The notes beneath the pieces are model-generated. The model had not been told where the DNA came from, ran no database searches, and was given only the letters and a program-made list of their open reading frames with translations. Source: Rebecca billardiae RCC1528 (Eukaryota > Protista > Haptophyta). Taken from it: a stretch of 64,000 nucleotides of DNA. Location: the NCBI GenBank assembly GCA_965240325.2, contig OZ251230.1, positions 496,001 through 560,000 on the forward strand, written 5' to 3'. The position numbers and the translations under genes are program-made. Positions 45,370-56,110 of the stretch are shown one piece after another (position 1 is the stretch's first letter; every line of letters starts with the position of its first letter).

Positions 45370-46602
45370 GCCCAGCGAAACCCGCCCGGCCCCGGCCCCG
45401 GACCCGGACTGGCCGGCAACGGGCCGCGAGAATCCGAGACCGACGGTCTCAAGTGAAAGTGATGGCTGACAGTGTGCTCAGCCAGGGTTTAGTCAGGCGG
45501 CGTGGCTCGGTCAGACACCCGCAGTCCGGGTGAGTCCGGCGTGAGAGTGTTACATGTTACTGCTACGCTCGGCCTGTAACACTTTTCACGGGCGCGACGG
45601 GGGTGAGTAATAGTTAGAGGAATTGTTACCCGGGAGAAACTGGGGTCCTTGGTCCACGCCACGGCCCCGAGTCGTCGACGTCGTCGCTGCAGCTCAGCAG
45701 CTGGCCGAGCCTCCTGCATCGCCGTCGTGATCCTCCGGCTCCGGATCGGGGCATCGCCATCGGCGGGCCGCATCCTATTCCTCATCCTGATCCGGCGACG
45801 ATCCTCCGCGCCACTTACAGTCACGTCTCATGCTGATCGGTCTTGATTCTTGCCCGGCACGGCCGGGACTGAAGTAAACTGGCCGCTAGCCACAGCTAGG
45901 CACAGATGACTCAGAAGGCACCCCGAGTGACTCTAGTTAGTGAGGTCATCCGAGCCCGAAGCAAAGGCAAGAGGCTAAGAGGGCCGCCGTGACTGTCCGC
46001 CGGGCCGCTTACACTTTACAGTACTCGAGTCTGTCGAGAGTAGTACGCGGGCACCCGCCCGACCCGCCCGTCACTAACTACTAAGGCGGCGCGGCCTCTC
46101 CGGCCCACCAGAGGCCGGTCCAGAGCGTAAAGTTGCCATCCGGCCGAGGCCGCCGTGCTGGTCAGGATCAGATTCAGTGGGGCACTCTGCATGAACGGCC
46201 TTGAGGCGGTTGAGCCAAGTTGAGCTGCCGCTTGCGCGAGTGTGAGCAGTGTCGCAGTGTCATCAACAGTAAGTTCTTGAGTACCCGGAACTGTCCGGAC
46301 CGGGAGGTCCGGCAGCGGTAAAATGTGCTCTGTCCTCTCCGGACTGTGACATGTCCTCGATCGCTTTGCAAACTGTCCGCCAGCCCTCCCGGCCTCCCCG
46401 AGATCGACCTTGGTGCGGAGCACGCCCGCGTCCGCGTCCGCGCCGCGCCTCGCTGCGCTGCGCCGCGTGCGGCAGTGGGCGCGCCGAGCCGCTTGGCACG
46501 GAGCGGACGCTGATGTGCGCGCGCCGCGCGCCCGGTGCGCTCGCTCCCCCCGCCGCTCCGCCCACGCGCAGCTCGCCGGCACGCTGCCCGTCCCCGATCC
46601 CC

Positions 46603-47601
46603 ATGGCCCTCGTCAACTTGCCCACGTCGATCGCGCCACCGAACGTCCACACCGAAGATGGCATGCTTCGCCTCGTCAAAAGGACGCGCACCACGCTCGC
46701 CGATAGCAAGCCCTCGACCCTGCCCGAGGCCGTGCTCGACATGGTGTTCAACGTCCTCAAGGCGACCGCGGCTGACGACTGGCCGACGGTCCAGGAGTTC
46801 GCGCACGGTACAGGCGACGAGCCGAAGGACGTGCTCATCAAGATGGTGGAGAAGAAGCTCGTTCAGGGCGAGCACTTTGTCGGCGGCGAGATCAAGGTGC
46901 GCAAGGACGGGCGCCCCGTGTCCCTGAAGAAGAACCGCGACAACCTCTCGCTCAAGCTGACCGCCAAGGGGCTGAACGTCCTCGCTCCGCTCATGCCGGG
47001 CTCAGACGGGCGCGACTACTCCGACTTCATGTTCAAGGTCGTGAGCACCTTCATGCAGTACCGCTCGGAGATGATCCAGGCCGCCGCCGACTACGAGTCC
47101 GACCGCAAGGTCGAGCGCGCGAAGCGGACTGCGGAGTGGGGCAAGCGCAAGGACATCATCCAGGGAGCCATGCTCGGCACGGCGCCCGACGAGGACGTCG
47201 AGAGGGCTTCTCGCGGCATCTGCCTCGTGCAGGACAAGAAGATCTACAGCGCGATCGTTCCAAAGTCGACCTCGGCCACGGCGGCCATCAGGCGCGTCGC
47301 GGGCTACGGCCACCACGCGAGAGTCGCAAACGTGTCGCAGTACCTCACGCCCCTCGGCCAGCTCGCGGCTGGGCTGAGCATCGGCTTGCAGGCAGCCGTC
47401 GTGCAGGTGCACGCGGATGAGATCGCCGCCGAGCCAACGCTCGAGGCTCGCAAGCGCAAGATCTCTGACGTCGTCACGGGCCGCATCCAGAAGATCGCTG
47501 ACGACGAGATGTTCAAGGTGTCGGACGATCCCGCAGTGCAGGAGCGCCACTTCTTCTCGCCGCCAGCCGATCGTCCAGCGGCGCGCCGCCGGATCCGATG
47601 A
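46603..47601 (+). CDS. 332-aa intronless protein with AntA/AntB-antirepressor or MSV199-like DNA-binding region plus coiled coil
   Basis: KLVQGEHF...KDGRP...LKLTAKGLNVLA...GRDYSDFMFKV resembles the f.eg.Df..GRP..lT....g...r.Yf pattern; Lys/Asp-rich, unlike host genes. Confidence 0.55.
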   Translation: MALVNLPTSIAPPNVHTEDGMLRLVKRTRTTLADSKPSTLPEAVLDMVFNVLKATAADDWPTVQEFAHGTGDEPKDVLIKMVEKKLVQGEHFVGGEIKVRKDGRPVSLKKNRDNLSLKLTAKGLNVLAPLMPGSDGRDYSDFMFKVVSTFMQYRSEMIQAAADYESDRKVERAKRTAEWGKRKDIIQGAMLGTAPDEDVERASRGICLVQDKKIYSAIVPKSTSATAAIRRVAGYGHHARVANVSQYLTPLGQLAAGLSIGLQAAVVQVHADEIAAEPTLEARKRKISDVVTGRIQKIADDEMFKVSDDPAVQERHFFSPPADRPAARRRIR

Positions 47602-48319
47602 GGGCCGAAGACCATGATACCGAGGCACTCGCTCTTGCCGCTCGGCACGCTGGATCGGCTGGTGTGCCGCCGCCACGGCGCGGGGCGCCGGCGTGGAGGG
47701 GGGGGGACAAACAACTTATATTGGACATCGGACGGGCGCCGCACGATGGCGTCGCGGCGCCATCGTAGGCACCAGCCTCTGCCAGCTGCCTGACACTCGG
47801 TCACCAAAAACCGCCTGTCCGCCGCCTCGATCACCCGCCGGTCCGCGGCTGCCGCCGGACATCACGGCCCGTAGTCAGGCGTCTATGGATCATCCATCGT
47901 AGGCTTCAGTCCGGCGCGGGGCCTCGCTGATCGCCTGATCGGCCGCCGCGCGCGCAGAGCCGGGACTGCGGGTGCCCGCGGAGCCGGAGGGCAGCTGGCA
48001 GCGCCGAGCGCCGCGGTCTCGGGCGGAAGCCCGGAGGGCTCATCAGACACTTATTCAGTAGTACGTAGGATCAGGCGACTATCGATCTACCGCCGTCTAC
48101 TGTGCCGTCGATCCACCGGCCGTCGTTGCCGCGCGCCCGTTGTCGCGTTGATGATTTGAGTAGGACGATGAATGATGATGGCGGACGTTCTACTACTGAG
48201 GAGTCAGAAGCCGAAGGACGAGTTCTGACGATCACGAAGGTGCCGCCAGCCTAAGCGCCACTTAGCCTACTGCGCTAGGCTTCACTGGCACTCGGCAGCT
48301 CCTGGGCGGCTAGCGGCCG

Positions 48320-50104
48320 CTAGGCGGTCGCGAGCGACGCGACCAGCCGTGCACCGGCGCGCGTGGTCACCCATGGTGAATGCGCTGTCATGTCGGCACT
48401 GACGGTGGCACGCGCGCGTCGCGCCACGCACACCCCCACGGCCACCTGCACGAGCGCAGGCTGCTGCGACTCCGCCGAGAGGCCCGCGCCGGCCACGTCG
48501 TCGGTGGCCGGGCGAGCGCTGCCCGACGCTGCGGCGACAGGCGGTGGTTCGAGCAGCAGCTCGGCGAGGCGCTCGTTGAGGCAGTACACGCGCTTCGAGC
48601 CGCGCGCGCACAGCACGAGACCCGGGCCAGCGGCATCGGCGGCAGCACCAGCCGGCGGCGGCGCGAGCAGCGGGCGCAACGCCGGCGCCGCCGCGAGCAG
48701 CTCAGCCCCCGCCTCAGCGCTGAGCCTGCGCAGCGGCGCCGGGCCGCGCGCGGCGCGGCGAGCGGGCACGGCCGCCGGGCCCGGCGGCGGCGGCGAGTGG
48801 CCGGCGGCTGGCTCAGGCCACGCGCGCGCCTTGCGCAGGAGCGCTGCGAAGAAGCCGCCGCTGTCGTTGTCCGGCGGGAAGATGCGCACGCACCGGCGCA
48901 GCGCGGCTGCATCGGCCGTCCCGGCGGCGGGCGGCCACATGGTGCTTCGGAAGCGCGCGGCGCCGCCGGCGCGGGCCGCGTCGGCGTGCGCGGCGTGCGC
49001 ACCCGCGAGGTCCTCCGCGGGCACCGCCCACGTGCTCAGCCCCGCCCGCGTCACCACCCCGCCCGCGAGGCGCGGCGCCGCCTCCTCGAGCTCGAGCGCG
49101 CCGCCGGCCGCGCGCAGCGCCGCGCTCACAACCGCCTCGTCCTCAAGAGGGTCGAGCGAGCACGTGGAGTAGGCGATGTGCGCGCCGACGGCGGCGACGG
49201 CGGCGGCGCGGAGGAGGATCTGCAGCTGCCGCGCGTGCAGCGTGCGCCCGAGGTGCGCCTCGTACCGCGCCCACTTGTCCGGATACTTCCGGAACGTGCC
49301 GTCGCCCGAGCACGGCACGTCGCAGATCACGGCGTCAAACTCGCTGCCACGCGCCGGCGTCGGGAAGGTCTGCGCCGCGTGGCGCGTGACGGCGAGCGAC
49401 ACGCACGGCGGCCCGAGGGCGGCGCAGCGTGCCGCCAGCACGTGCGTGCGCGTGCCGTCCATCTCGTTCGCCACCAGGTACCCGCCGCCGCCCGCAGCGT
49501 GCAGCGCCTCGAGCGCCTGCGTCGACTTCGAGCCGGGCGCTGCGCACAGCTCGAGCACGCGCGCGCCCGGCCGGTGCGGAAGGTCGAGGAGGGCGACGGG
49601 GACCATCGAGACGAGCTCCTGCCGCACGATCAGCCCGGATGCCGAGTGCTCCACCAGCCAGCGCGACAGCTGCGCCAGCGGGGACTCGGGCGCGTAGCGC
49701 ACCGCCTGCCGCAGCGCGCGCGCGTCGACGCCGTCCAGCTGCCATGCGCGCGGCACGGCGAAGCGGCGCACGGCGGCGACGGCCTCGAGCAGAGGTGCGG
49801 CGTCGCGGAGCGCAGATGACACCTCCGCCGCGCGCGACGGTAGCCCCGACGTCCGGAACGCGACGGGAAGCGGCGTGTGCAGTGCGCGCATGAGCGCGCG
49901 CCAATCGGCCGGGCCGCCGCCGCCATCCACGCGCTGGAGGTCTCGGTAGTAGCGCTCGAAGCGCAGCTCGCCGGCACGAGCCTCCTCGCGCGCGAGTGCG
50001 CTTGTGGCCGCGCGCGTCTCTGCCTCCACGTCGCCCTCGCCGTCGACGGCTTGGGCCCGTCCAGCTCGACGCTTTGAGCGGCGGCGCTTAGAACGTGGCG
50101 CCAT
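48320..50104 (-). CDS. RNA cytosine-C5 methyltransferase (NOL1/NOP2/Sun; NSUN2/Trm4-like)
   Basis: RQELVSMVP, VLELCAAPGSKSTQ, DVPCSGDGT, YSTCSLDPLEDEAVV, SGGFF. Confidence 0.93.
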   Translation of the reverse strand: MAPRSKRRRSKRRAGRAQAVDGEGDVEAETRAATSALAREEARAGELRFERYYRDLQRVDGGGGPADWRALMRALHTPLPVAFRTSGLPSRAAEVSSALRDAAPLLEAVAAVRRFAVPRAWQLDGVDARALRQAVRYAPESPLAQLSRWLVEHSASGLIVRQELVSMVPVALLDLPHRPGARVLELCAAPGSKSTQALEALHAAGGGGYLVANEMDGTRTHVLAARCAALGPPCVSLAVTRHAAQTFPTPARGSEFDAVICDVPCSGDGTFRKYPDKWARYEAHLGRTLHARQLQILLRAAAVAAVGAHIAYSTCSLDPLEDEAVVSAALRAAGGALELEEAAPRLAGGVVTRAGLSTWAVPAEDLAGAHAAHADAARAGGAARFRSTMWPPAAGTADAAALRRCVRIFPPDNDSGGFFAALLRKARAWPEPAAGHSPPPPGPAAVPARRAARGPAPLRRLSAEAGAELLAAAPALRPLLAPPPAGAAADAAGPGLVLCARGSKRVYCLNERLAELLLEPPPVAAASGSARPATDDVAGAGLSAESQQPALVQVAVGVCVARRARATVSADMTAHSPWVTTRAGARLVASLATA

Positions 50105-50307
50105 CGTGAGTTCCCCGCTTGGCAGTGGGGTCCACACTCCACTCCACACGAGCGACCACACCTTCTTCAAGGGCCCTTGCTTCTCGGCAATAATCACGCC
50201 TTAATCATGCTCAATCTAATCAATCTTGGTTCTCACCGATTGGCGGGGTTGGGTTGAACCGTGTCGCGGGGAATACTCACATCTCACGTGCTAGGTACCT
50301 CGGCCAC

Positions 50308-52554
50308 ATGGCCGGGCGCGGCCGGCACGGCGTCCTGCACACGCCGCTCGGGCAGCGCGAGGTGAGAGGCGCGCGAGGGGACGGAGAGGCATGGGACCGC
50401 GCGTTGCTCGCGCGCCTCGCGCGCTCGGGCACGCTCCGCGCGCACCGCGGGTGCGTCAACACGCTCTGGTGGTCGGACGACGGCGAGCTGCTGCTCTCGG
50501 CCGGCGACGACCTGGACATCCACCTCTGGCAGCTGAGCGCGTCTCGCACCCGGCCGGTGGGGACAATGCACTCGTATCACGAGGCCAACATCTTCTCCGC
50601 CAAGTTTAGCGATCCGCTCTGCCACCACGCCGCGTCGTGCGCGGGCGACGGCTGCGTGCACCTGTACGACGTGAGGCGCGAGTGCCGGATAGCGTACTGG
50701 CGCGCGCACGGCGACGAGGCGAACAAGCTCGCCCCGCTGCCCAGCTCGTCGCGCGGCTCGCCCATCGTGCTCAGCTGCGGCAGCGACGGCGCCGTCTGCG
50801 TCAACGACTTCCGCGCGTCCGCGCCGCACCGGCTGCTGCGCTGCCGCATCGCCGGCAAGCCCACGCCGATCCGACTCGACTCGATCGCGCTCAACAGCAC
50901 GAGCGCGACCGTGCAGGTCACCGTGTGCGGCGCGATGCCGTACGTGCACACGTACGACGTCCGCCGGCCGGACACGCCGCTCCTCGTCTTCGCGCCCTCC
51001 AGCCGGCCGGTGCCGCGCGAGCTGCTCACGACGATGGGTGCGACCGGCTGCTCGATCTCGGCTGACGGCACGCGGCTGCTCGTCACGTACTCGCCGCCCA
51101 AGTCGCGCGCCGGGGCGCGGCTGTACGGGGAGGACTCGGCCGTGCGCATGTTCGACGCGCGCGGGAGCGAGCACGCGCACGAAGACCGCGCGCGCCGCCG
51201 CCCGATCTTGAGCGCGAGCGGCGGCGGCGGCGGCGGCGGCGCGAGCGGCGCGAGCGGCATCGACGGGCCGGCTGCCGGGCGCGCGCCCAAGCGCTCGCGG
51301 CACGCGCCGCCGCACGAGCGGCGCGGTGAGCACGGGCAGCGCCGGCGTCAGGGGCGGCGCGGCCGCCATTCAAGCGCGCTCGACTACGCCGAGGACGTCG
51401 AGGCGCTCGAGTACGGGGCCTCCCTCGGCTTCGGCTCGTTTGCGGCGATGGAGGCCGCCGCCGCACGCGAGGCGGCAGAGGAAGAGGCGGCCGCGGCCCA
51501 CCGGCTCCGCGCCGCCCAGCATGAGCCCAGCTGGCTCGCGGCCGCGCGGCTGGGGCGGCAGGGCGGGCCGCGCGCCGACACGGTCAGCCCGGTCGCGGAC
51601 CGCGGCGCCGACGCCGCCGCCACCGGGGAGGGCGAGCGCTCCGGCGCACCCCGCGAGCAGCGCGACGGCTCAGGCGCGGAGGCTGCGGGCGCGCACCCAG
51701 GCGCGGCCAGAGGCGGGGCGTGGCGCCCTGACGGAGACGAGGACAGCAGTGGCAGCAGCGCCCTGGGCGAGAGCGACTGGGACGGCTCCGACTCCGACGA
51801 CAGCAGCAACACGGACGACGGCGACTCCGACGACGCCGAAGACTCCGACTCCGACTCCGACGGCGGCCTCGGCGCCTCACGGCACGTCGACCAGGATGGC
51901 CCCGCGCCGTCGGACGGCAGCTCGGCGGACAGCGACGACGCGGACGAGAGCCTCTTCCGCCTGTTCCACCGGCCGAGGCTGCGCGCCGTGTGGGCGCTGT
52001 CCTGGCCGCACACGCAGCTGGGGCCGGGGCCGCGGCCAGGCGAGGAGCACATGTCGGCGCCGATGGCGGGCGCGGCGGGCGTCGCGCGCCCGCGCGGCCG
52101 GCAGCTGGGCATGCTGCTGCCCAGCGAGGCGCTGAGCGGCCACGCCGGCCTGGCGCCCGCGCACGGCGCGCTGCTGCAGGTCTTCCGCGCGCACATCAGC
52201 ATGCTCACGGTGAAGGAGGTGAGCTTTGGGGGCACGCGCGAGCAGTGGGTCATCTCCGGCTCCGACGACGGCGGCATGTACGTGTGGGCGTGCGACACGG
52301 GCGCGCTCCTCTTTGTCGAGCCGCGCGGCGACCGGCGCGTGACCAACTGCGCGCAGCCGCGCCCGCGCCACCCGCTGCTGATTGCCACGAGCGGCATCGA
52401 CCGCTCGGTGAAGCTCTTCGAGCCGATCGGCCGCGAGCGGCGGCCCATCAGCCGGACGGAGCACCGCGCGCAGCTGGCGATGAACCGCGCCCTCACGCGC
52501 GACGCGCTGGAGCGCACGACGCTCTTCACGATGACGGACAGTGACGACGACTGA
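50308..52554 (+). CDS. WD40 protein, DCAF8/DCAF6-like, with acidic low-complexity insert
   Basis: AHRGCVNTLWWSDDGELLLSAGDD, HEANIFSAKF, VKEVSF..WVISGSDDG, VTNCAQP..IATSGID. Confidence 0.9.
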   Translation: MAGRGRHGVLHTPLGQREVRGARGDGEAWDRALLARLARSGTLRAHRGCVNTLWWSDDGELLLSAGDDLDIHLWQLSASRTRPVGTMHSYHEANIFSAKFSDPLCHHAASCAGDGCVHLYDVRRECRIAYWRAHGDEANKLAPLPSSSRGSPIVLSCGSDGAVCVNDFRASAPHRLLRCRIAGKPTPIRLDSIALNSTSATVQVTVCGAMPYVHTYDVRRPDTPLLVFAPSSRPVPRELLTTMGATGCSISADGTRLLVTYSPPKSRAGARLYGEDSAVRMFDARGSEHAHEDRARRRPILSASGGGGGGGASGASGIDGPAAGRAPKRSRHAPPHERRGEHGQRRRQGRRGRHSSALDYAEDVEALEYGASLGFGSFAAMEAAAAREAAEEEAAAAHRLRAAQHEPSWLAAARLGRQGGPRADTVSPVADRGADAAATGEGERSGAPREQRDGSGAEAAGAHPGAARGGAWRPDGDEDSSGSSALGESDWDGSDSDDSSNTDDGDSDDAEDSDSDSDGGLGASRHVDQDGPAPSDGSSADSDDADESLFRLFHRPRLRAVWALSWPHTQLGPGPRPGEEHMSAPMAGAAGVARPRGRQLGMLLPSEALSGHAGLAPAHGALLQVFRAHISMLTVKEVSFGGTREQWVISGSDDGGMYVWACDTGALLFVEPRGDRRVTNCAQPRPRHPLLIATSGIDRSVKLFEPIGRERRPISRTEHRAQLAMNRALTRDALERTTLFTMTDSDDD

Positions 52555-55116
52555 CTAGTAACACTGTCGGTCGTCGGACCGATAGCACCGGACCGATAGC
52601 ACCAACGGGGCGTGCTGTCGGTCCGTGCGCGTGGCGCTGACTCGCTGCGGCCCGCTGCCCGACGCTGCGGACTCTTGCGGCGGCGTTGTCGCTTAGACTC
52701 GAGAGTCTCCGAGTCAGCTCGGTGAGTCAGTGACTGACTGAGTGACTGTGATTTGTGAAGTGACAAGTGCCGGTGTCGGGTGTGGCGGCTGCGTGTACTC
52801 CACGGACCGCCGGGACTGACGGCGGATCGAGCCAGCGCGACTCACTGACGAATGCTCGATGCAGAGCTGGTGGCTGCTGCTGAGTGATATGTCATATGAT
52901 GACAATGGCATCACACCGCGTGCTCAGCGCCGCATGGCTCCGGGTGGCACCTTCGCCGCCCCAGCGGCAGGGCCAGGCCCCTCGAGCTCGGGCGAGTCCT
53001 CTGTCCTGCCGCGTTCGCGGGGGCACATCACGTCATCACATCCGCCGAGACAGTGTGCGCTACGGCACGGTAGCCGTGACGCGGGGCTGCCCTCAGGTAC
53101 CGCGGCCGCCACTGGCCCGTTGCCACGGTCCTGCCTGCACATGCTGGCGCGAGGCCGGTTGGCGGCCAGGCTGCGGCCAGCGCTCCCGCTGGCAGCGGGT
53201 CGGGCGTCGGCCATGGCGGCCGCGGGCCACTTTACGGCGCGGGCGCGGCCGTCGGGCTCGGGTCTCGCAGGAGGCCGCCGAGCCTGGGTACTGCCTCAGC
53301 AGCTGCCCAGCCCCAGGCCCCCGTTCGAATCGAGTGCCGATGGGCAGGCTTACGATTCTCGGCGCGTTGCGGCCGCGCGCTGAGATTGAGCACTTGCGGA
53401 GCTCGTACTCCGTAGGCCGTACAGGACGGCGCGGTACCGCCCGGGCAGTGCCGGGCTCGGTACTTTCTATCCCCGACCCGCGGCACTCGCCCTGGCGGAA
53501 CGTCGGCCATAGAGCGCAGTCCTGCCGCGCGGCCGCGCGGCCCCGGGCCGGCGACCCCGGCGTGGCCGCGCCGGGGCCACCGCCGGGGCCGCCGGGAGCT
53601 GACCGAGCAGCAGCTGAGCTGACACGGGCCGCGTGGCTGCCGAGTGCTGGCGCCGCCGTCGGCAGGCCCGAGGCCGCGTCGGGAATCCGACGTGCCACTC
53701 CGACGACGAGCAGACCCGGAGCGATACGCCGGGACCGTCACAGTGGCGTCACACGACTCACATTCTCATACTTAACACGAGAGTCGAGACACGAATGAGT
53801 AGCACTCAAAACGGCGCGCCCGCGGTCTATCGGCTATCGCCATCGGCATCGCGCGGACGGAGCGACCCGGGCGCCCGGCCTAGCGGCTAGCCGCTGCTAC
53901 GGCCTAGCCGCCCGGCCGCCGGCTAAGACTGCTCTACTCTCTAGCCGTATTCTCACTCTGTCACTGTGTCTGCCTGTGAGAAGTGCCTGCGTATACATGT
54001 CATGAGTCGTCCCGTTCGAATCCGTAAAAATACTGTGTCGGCTGCAAATAGCACTCTCAATAGTGAGTCACTATCCGCCACGGGCGGCCAGGTGAAGGCC
54101 TGGCACTGGCAGCACTGCCGCACCGCGTCTGTCGCCGCGGTTGACGCTGTGTCCTGTGACGCCAGTTGCGCGGCAGCCCGAGTGCCAGGACGTCCAACGC
54201 CAGGCCGGCACTCCAACTCGGTCTGACGCCTGACTGTGACGGTCATCCCGGCCTGCCTGGCACTGGCAAGTGACCCGCCCGTGCCACTAGTGGCGCGGAG
54301 TGGCGCCACGGCCGGCGGGCCGGGGCCGGGCGCGCGGGCGGCTGGCGCGGACTCGCCCACGCGCGCGGACCGGGGTCACTACATCACTGGCACCGGCCCG
54401 CGGCGGCCCGCGCTGCCGGCGCCGACTCGCCATTCGGACTATTCGGTCCGAGGCCGACGGCCGACCGTGTCTCGGCCCGAGCGTCTCGAGTGACCGGACT
54501 CCGGCGGGACGCGGGCGGGCGAGGCAGCCCGCGGCGGCCGGCTGGCTTGGGCTCCGCGGCTCCGCCGCACGCGGACCGCGGCGTCACGGCGTGACTTCTC
54601 ACGCGGCGTCCGGCCGAGCGCGCGGCCAGAGCCACACTGACTCACTGTGACTGAGCGGTGAGCCGCCTGGTCCGACTAGTAGTAGTACTCCGAGGCCACT
54701 AAGAGCCGCCACTCTGACTCACTCTCGCCCCGCGGTCCGAGTCCCGGTCGGGGCGGCTCACCGTGGCTCCGAACTCCGCGTGCCCGCTCTGTGCCTGTGG
54801 CAGACCGTGGCCGTGCAGCGCTTGTCATCAGTTATCTACTAATAATGTTCTAATAAGACGATGACGATGCTACATCGCCTTCTGATCATGACTGACACGG
54901 CACCGTGCATGTCGTCGATCACTCAGAATCTGCACAACAATAACCTCGGTCGGTTCCAACGATCGGCCATCGGATCCGCGTCGATTGGCTGTGACGTCGT
55001 GGGCGGACAGCCGCGTGCGTGCGGCCGCGCGCGCGAGCCAGCTAGGGCAGGCAAGAAGCTCCGGGCGCACTCACCGACCTCCGGGGCGCTCACGCGCGAC
55101 CGGCAAGGTCTCTCGC

Positions 55117-55494
55117 TTAGCGCGCCCCGACGGAGAACTCGTCGCGAGCCTTCCTCATGAGGTCGTCCGCCTCAATTCTCAGCTTCTCAGCCTCCATGTG
55201 GTGCGGATCGGTCTCGTCCGCGCGCGGGGCCTTCCTGGCCTCGTGCCACGCGATGGAGCTCATGAGTTTGTCGTACTTCTTCTGCTCCTTCTTGTTGAGC
55301 TTGAACTCCTCCTGCACACGCGACGGCGCGCGACGTCCGCGGGTCGCGGGCAGGGCCACCGCACGCATGCCGCGCAAGGTGAGGTGCTCTGCAACAGCGG
55401 GCGCAGCGCGGCGGGGGTGGACTCCAAAGGCAGGCGTGGCGCGACCGCGCGCTCGCACGAGCGCAGCACGCACCATCTTATCCTTCTTCGCCAT
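55117..55494 (-). CDS. Small (~71 aa) charged helical hypothetical protein; intron 55312-55473
   Basis: MAKKDKM|EEFKLNKKEQKKYDKL...WHEARK; canonical GT-AG intron. Confidence 0.7.
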   Translation of the reverse strand: MAKKDKMVRAALVRARGRATPAFGVHPRRAAPAVAEHLTLRGMRAVALPATRGRRAPSRVQEEFKLNKKEQKKYDKLMSSIAWHEARKAPRADETDPHHMEAEKLRIEADDLMRKARDEFSVGAR

Positions 55495-56110
55495 GGCTAA
55501 GTGTGCGGGACGGGTTGAAGTGACGCGGGGTGGTCGGGCGTCTCGGCGGAGCGGGACGATTTTGCGGCAATCATCAGTTAGTTCCGCGATATGGACGGAC
55601 GGGTTCGGTTTGGGTCGTTGCTGTGCCTTTCCACTCGGCTGACGATTTTCTGAGAACTTGCCGCCCGTTGGTGTACGCTGCGCGCAGTGTGATTGGTCGA
55701 AGGTCGAAAAGACACACTGACTTGGTTCTGGGCCAATCCCGGACTTCGCGGCCGGGAGTGGCCTTTTGGACGGAACTCACCAGCACCAAAGGAATGGCCA
55801 GCACGGTCTGACAACCAATCACGGCGCGAAGCACCGGCGAGGAGTTTTAAATTCAGTGTCCCGCGTTTGCCCGTTTGCCGTATTCATGTTCCGGGTGGAC
55901 AAAGCGGAGGTCCGGTCCGGTTGGACGCAAAAACCAAGGGCGGTTCGACGCCGGACGAACCGAAGTTATGATGCTGCTTTGAGCTTGTACTTCGGCAAGT
56001 CGACGGCTCGACGCGACATCACTCCACCGGCCAGCCGCGAGCCGAGCAAGCCGCATCGGGGCAGCGCGACAGCCGCGCGCCCGGTGCGGGACGCGCGCGG
56101 CCCTGGCGCC

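Larger units (their letters stand above)
41620..47900. mobile_element. Putative endogenous virus-derived or self-replicating element; boundaries approximate
   Basis: Viral-type AEP, inverted repeats, iteron-like array and antirepressor-like ORF inserted between ordinary host genes. Confidence 0.55.

Noticed and set aside
45437-45451. Palindrome GAGACCG-a-CGGTCTC (paired BsaI sites) as a cloning scar
   Set aside because: Short and with no other vector sequence; may be chance or part of the element's flank
52800-54800. Genes in the GC-rich stretch after the WD40 gene
   Set aside because: No consistent frame or motif; appears to be decayed intergenic sequence
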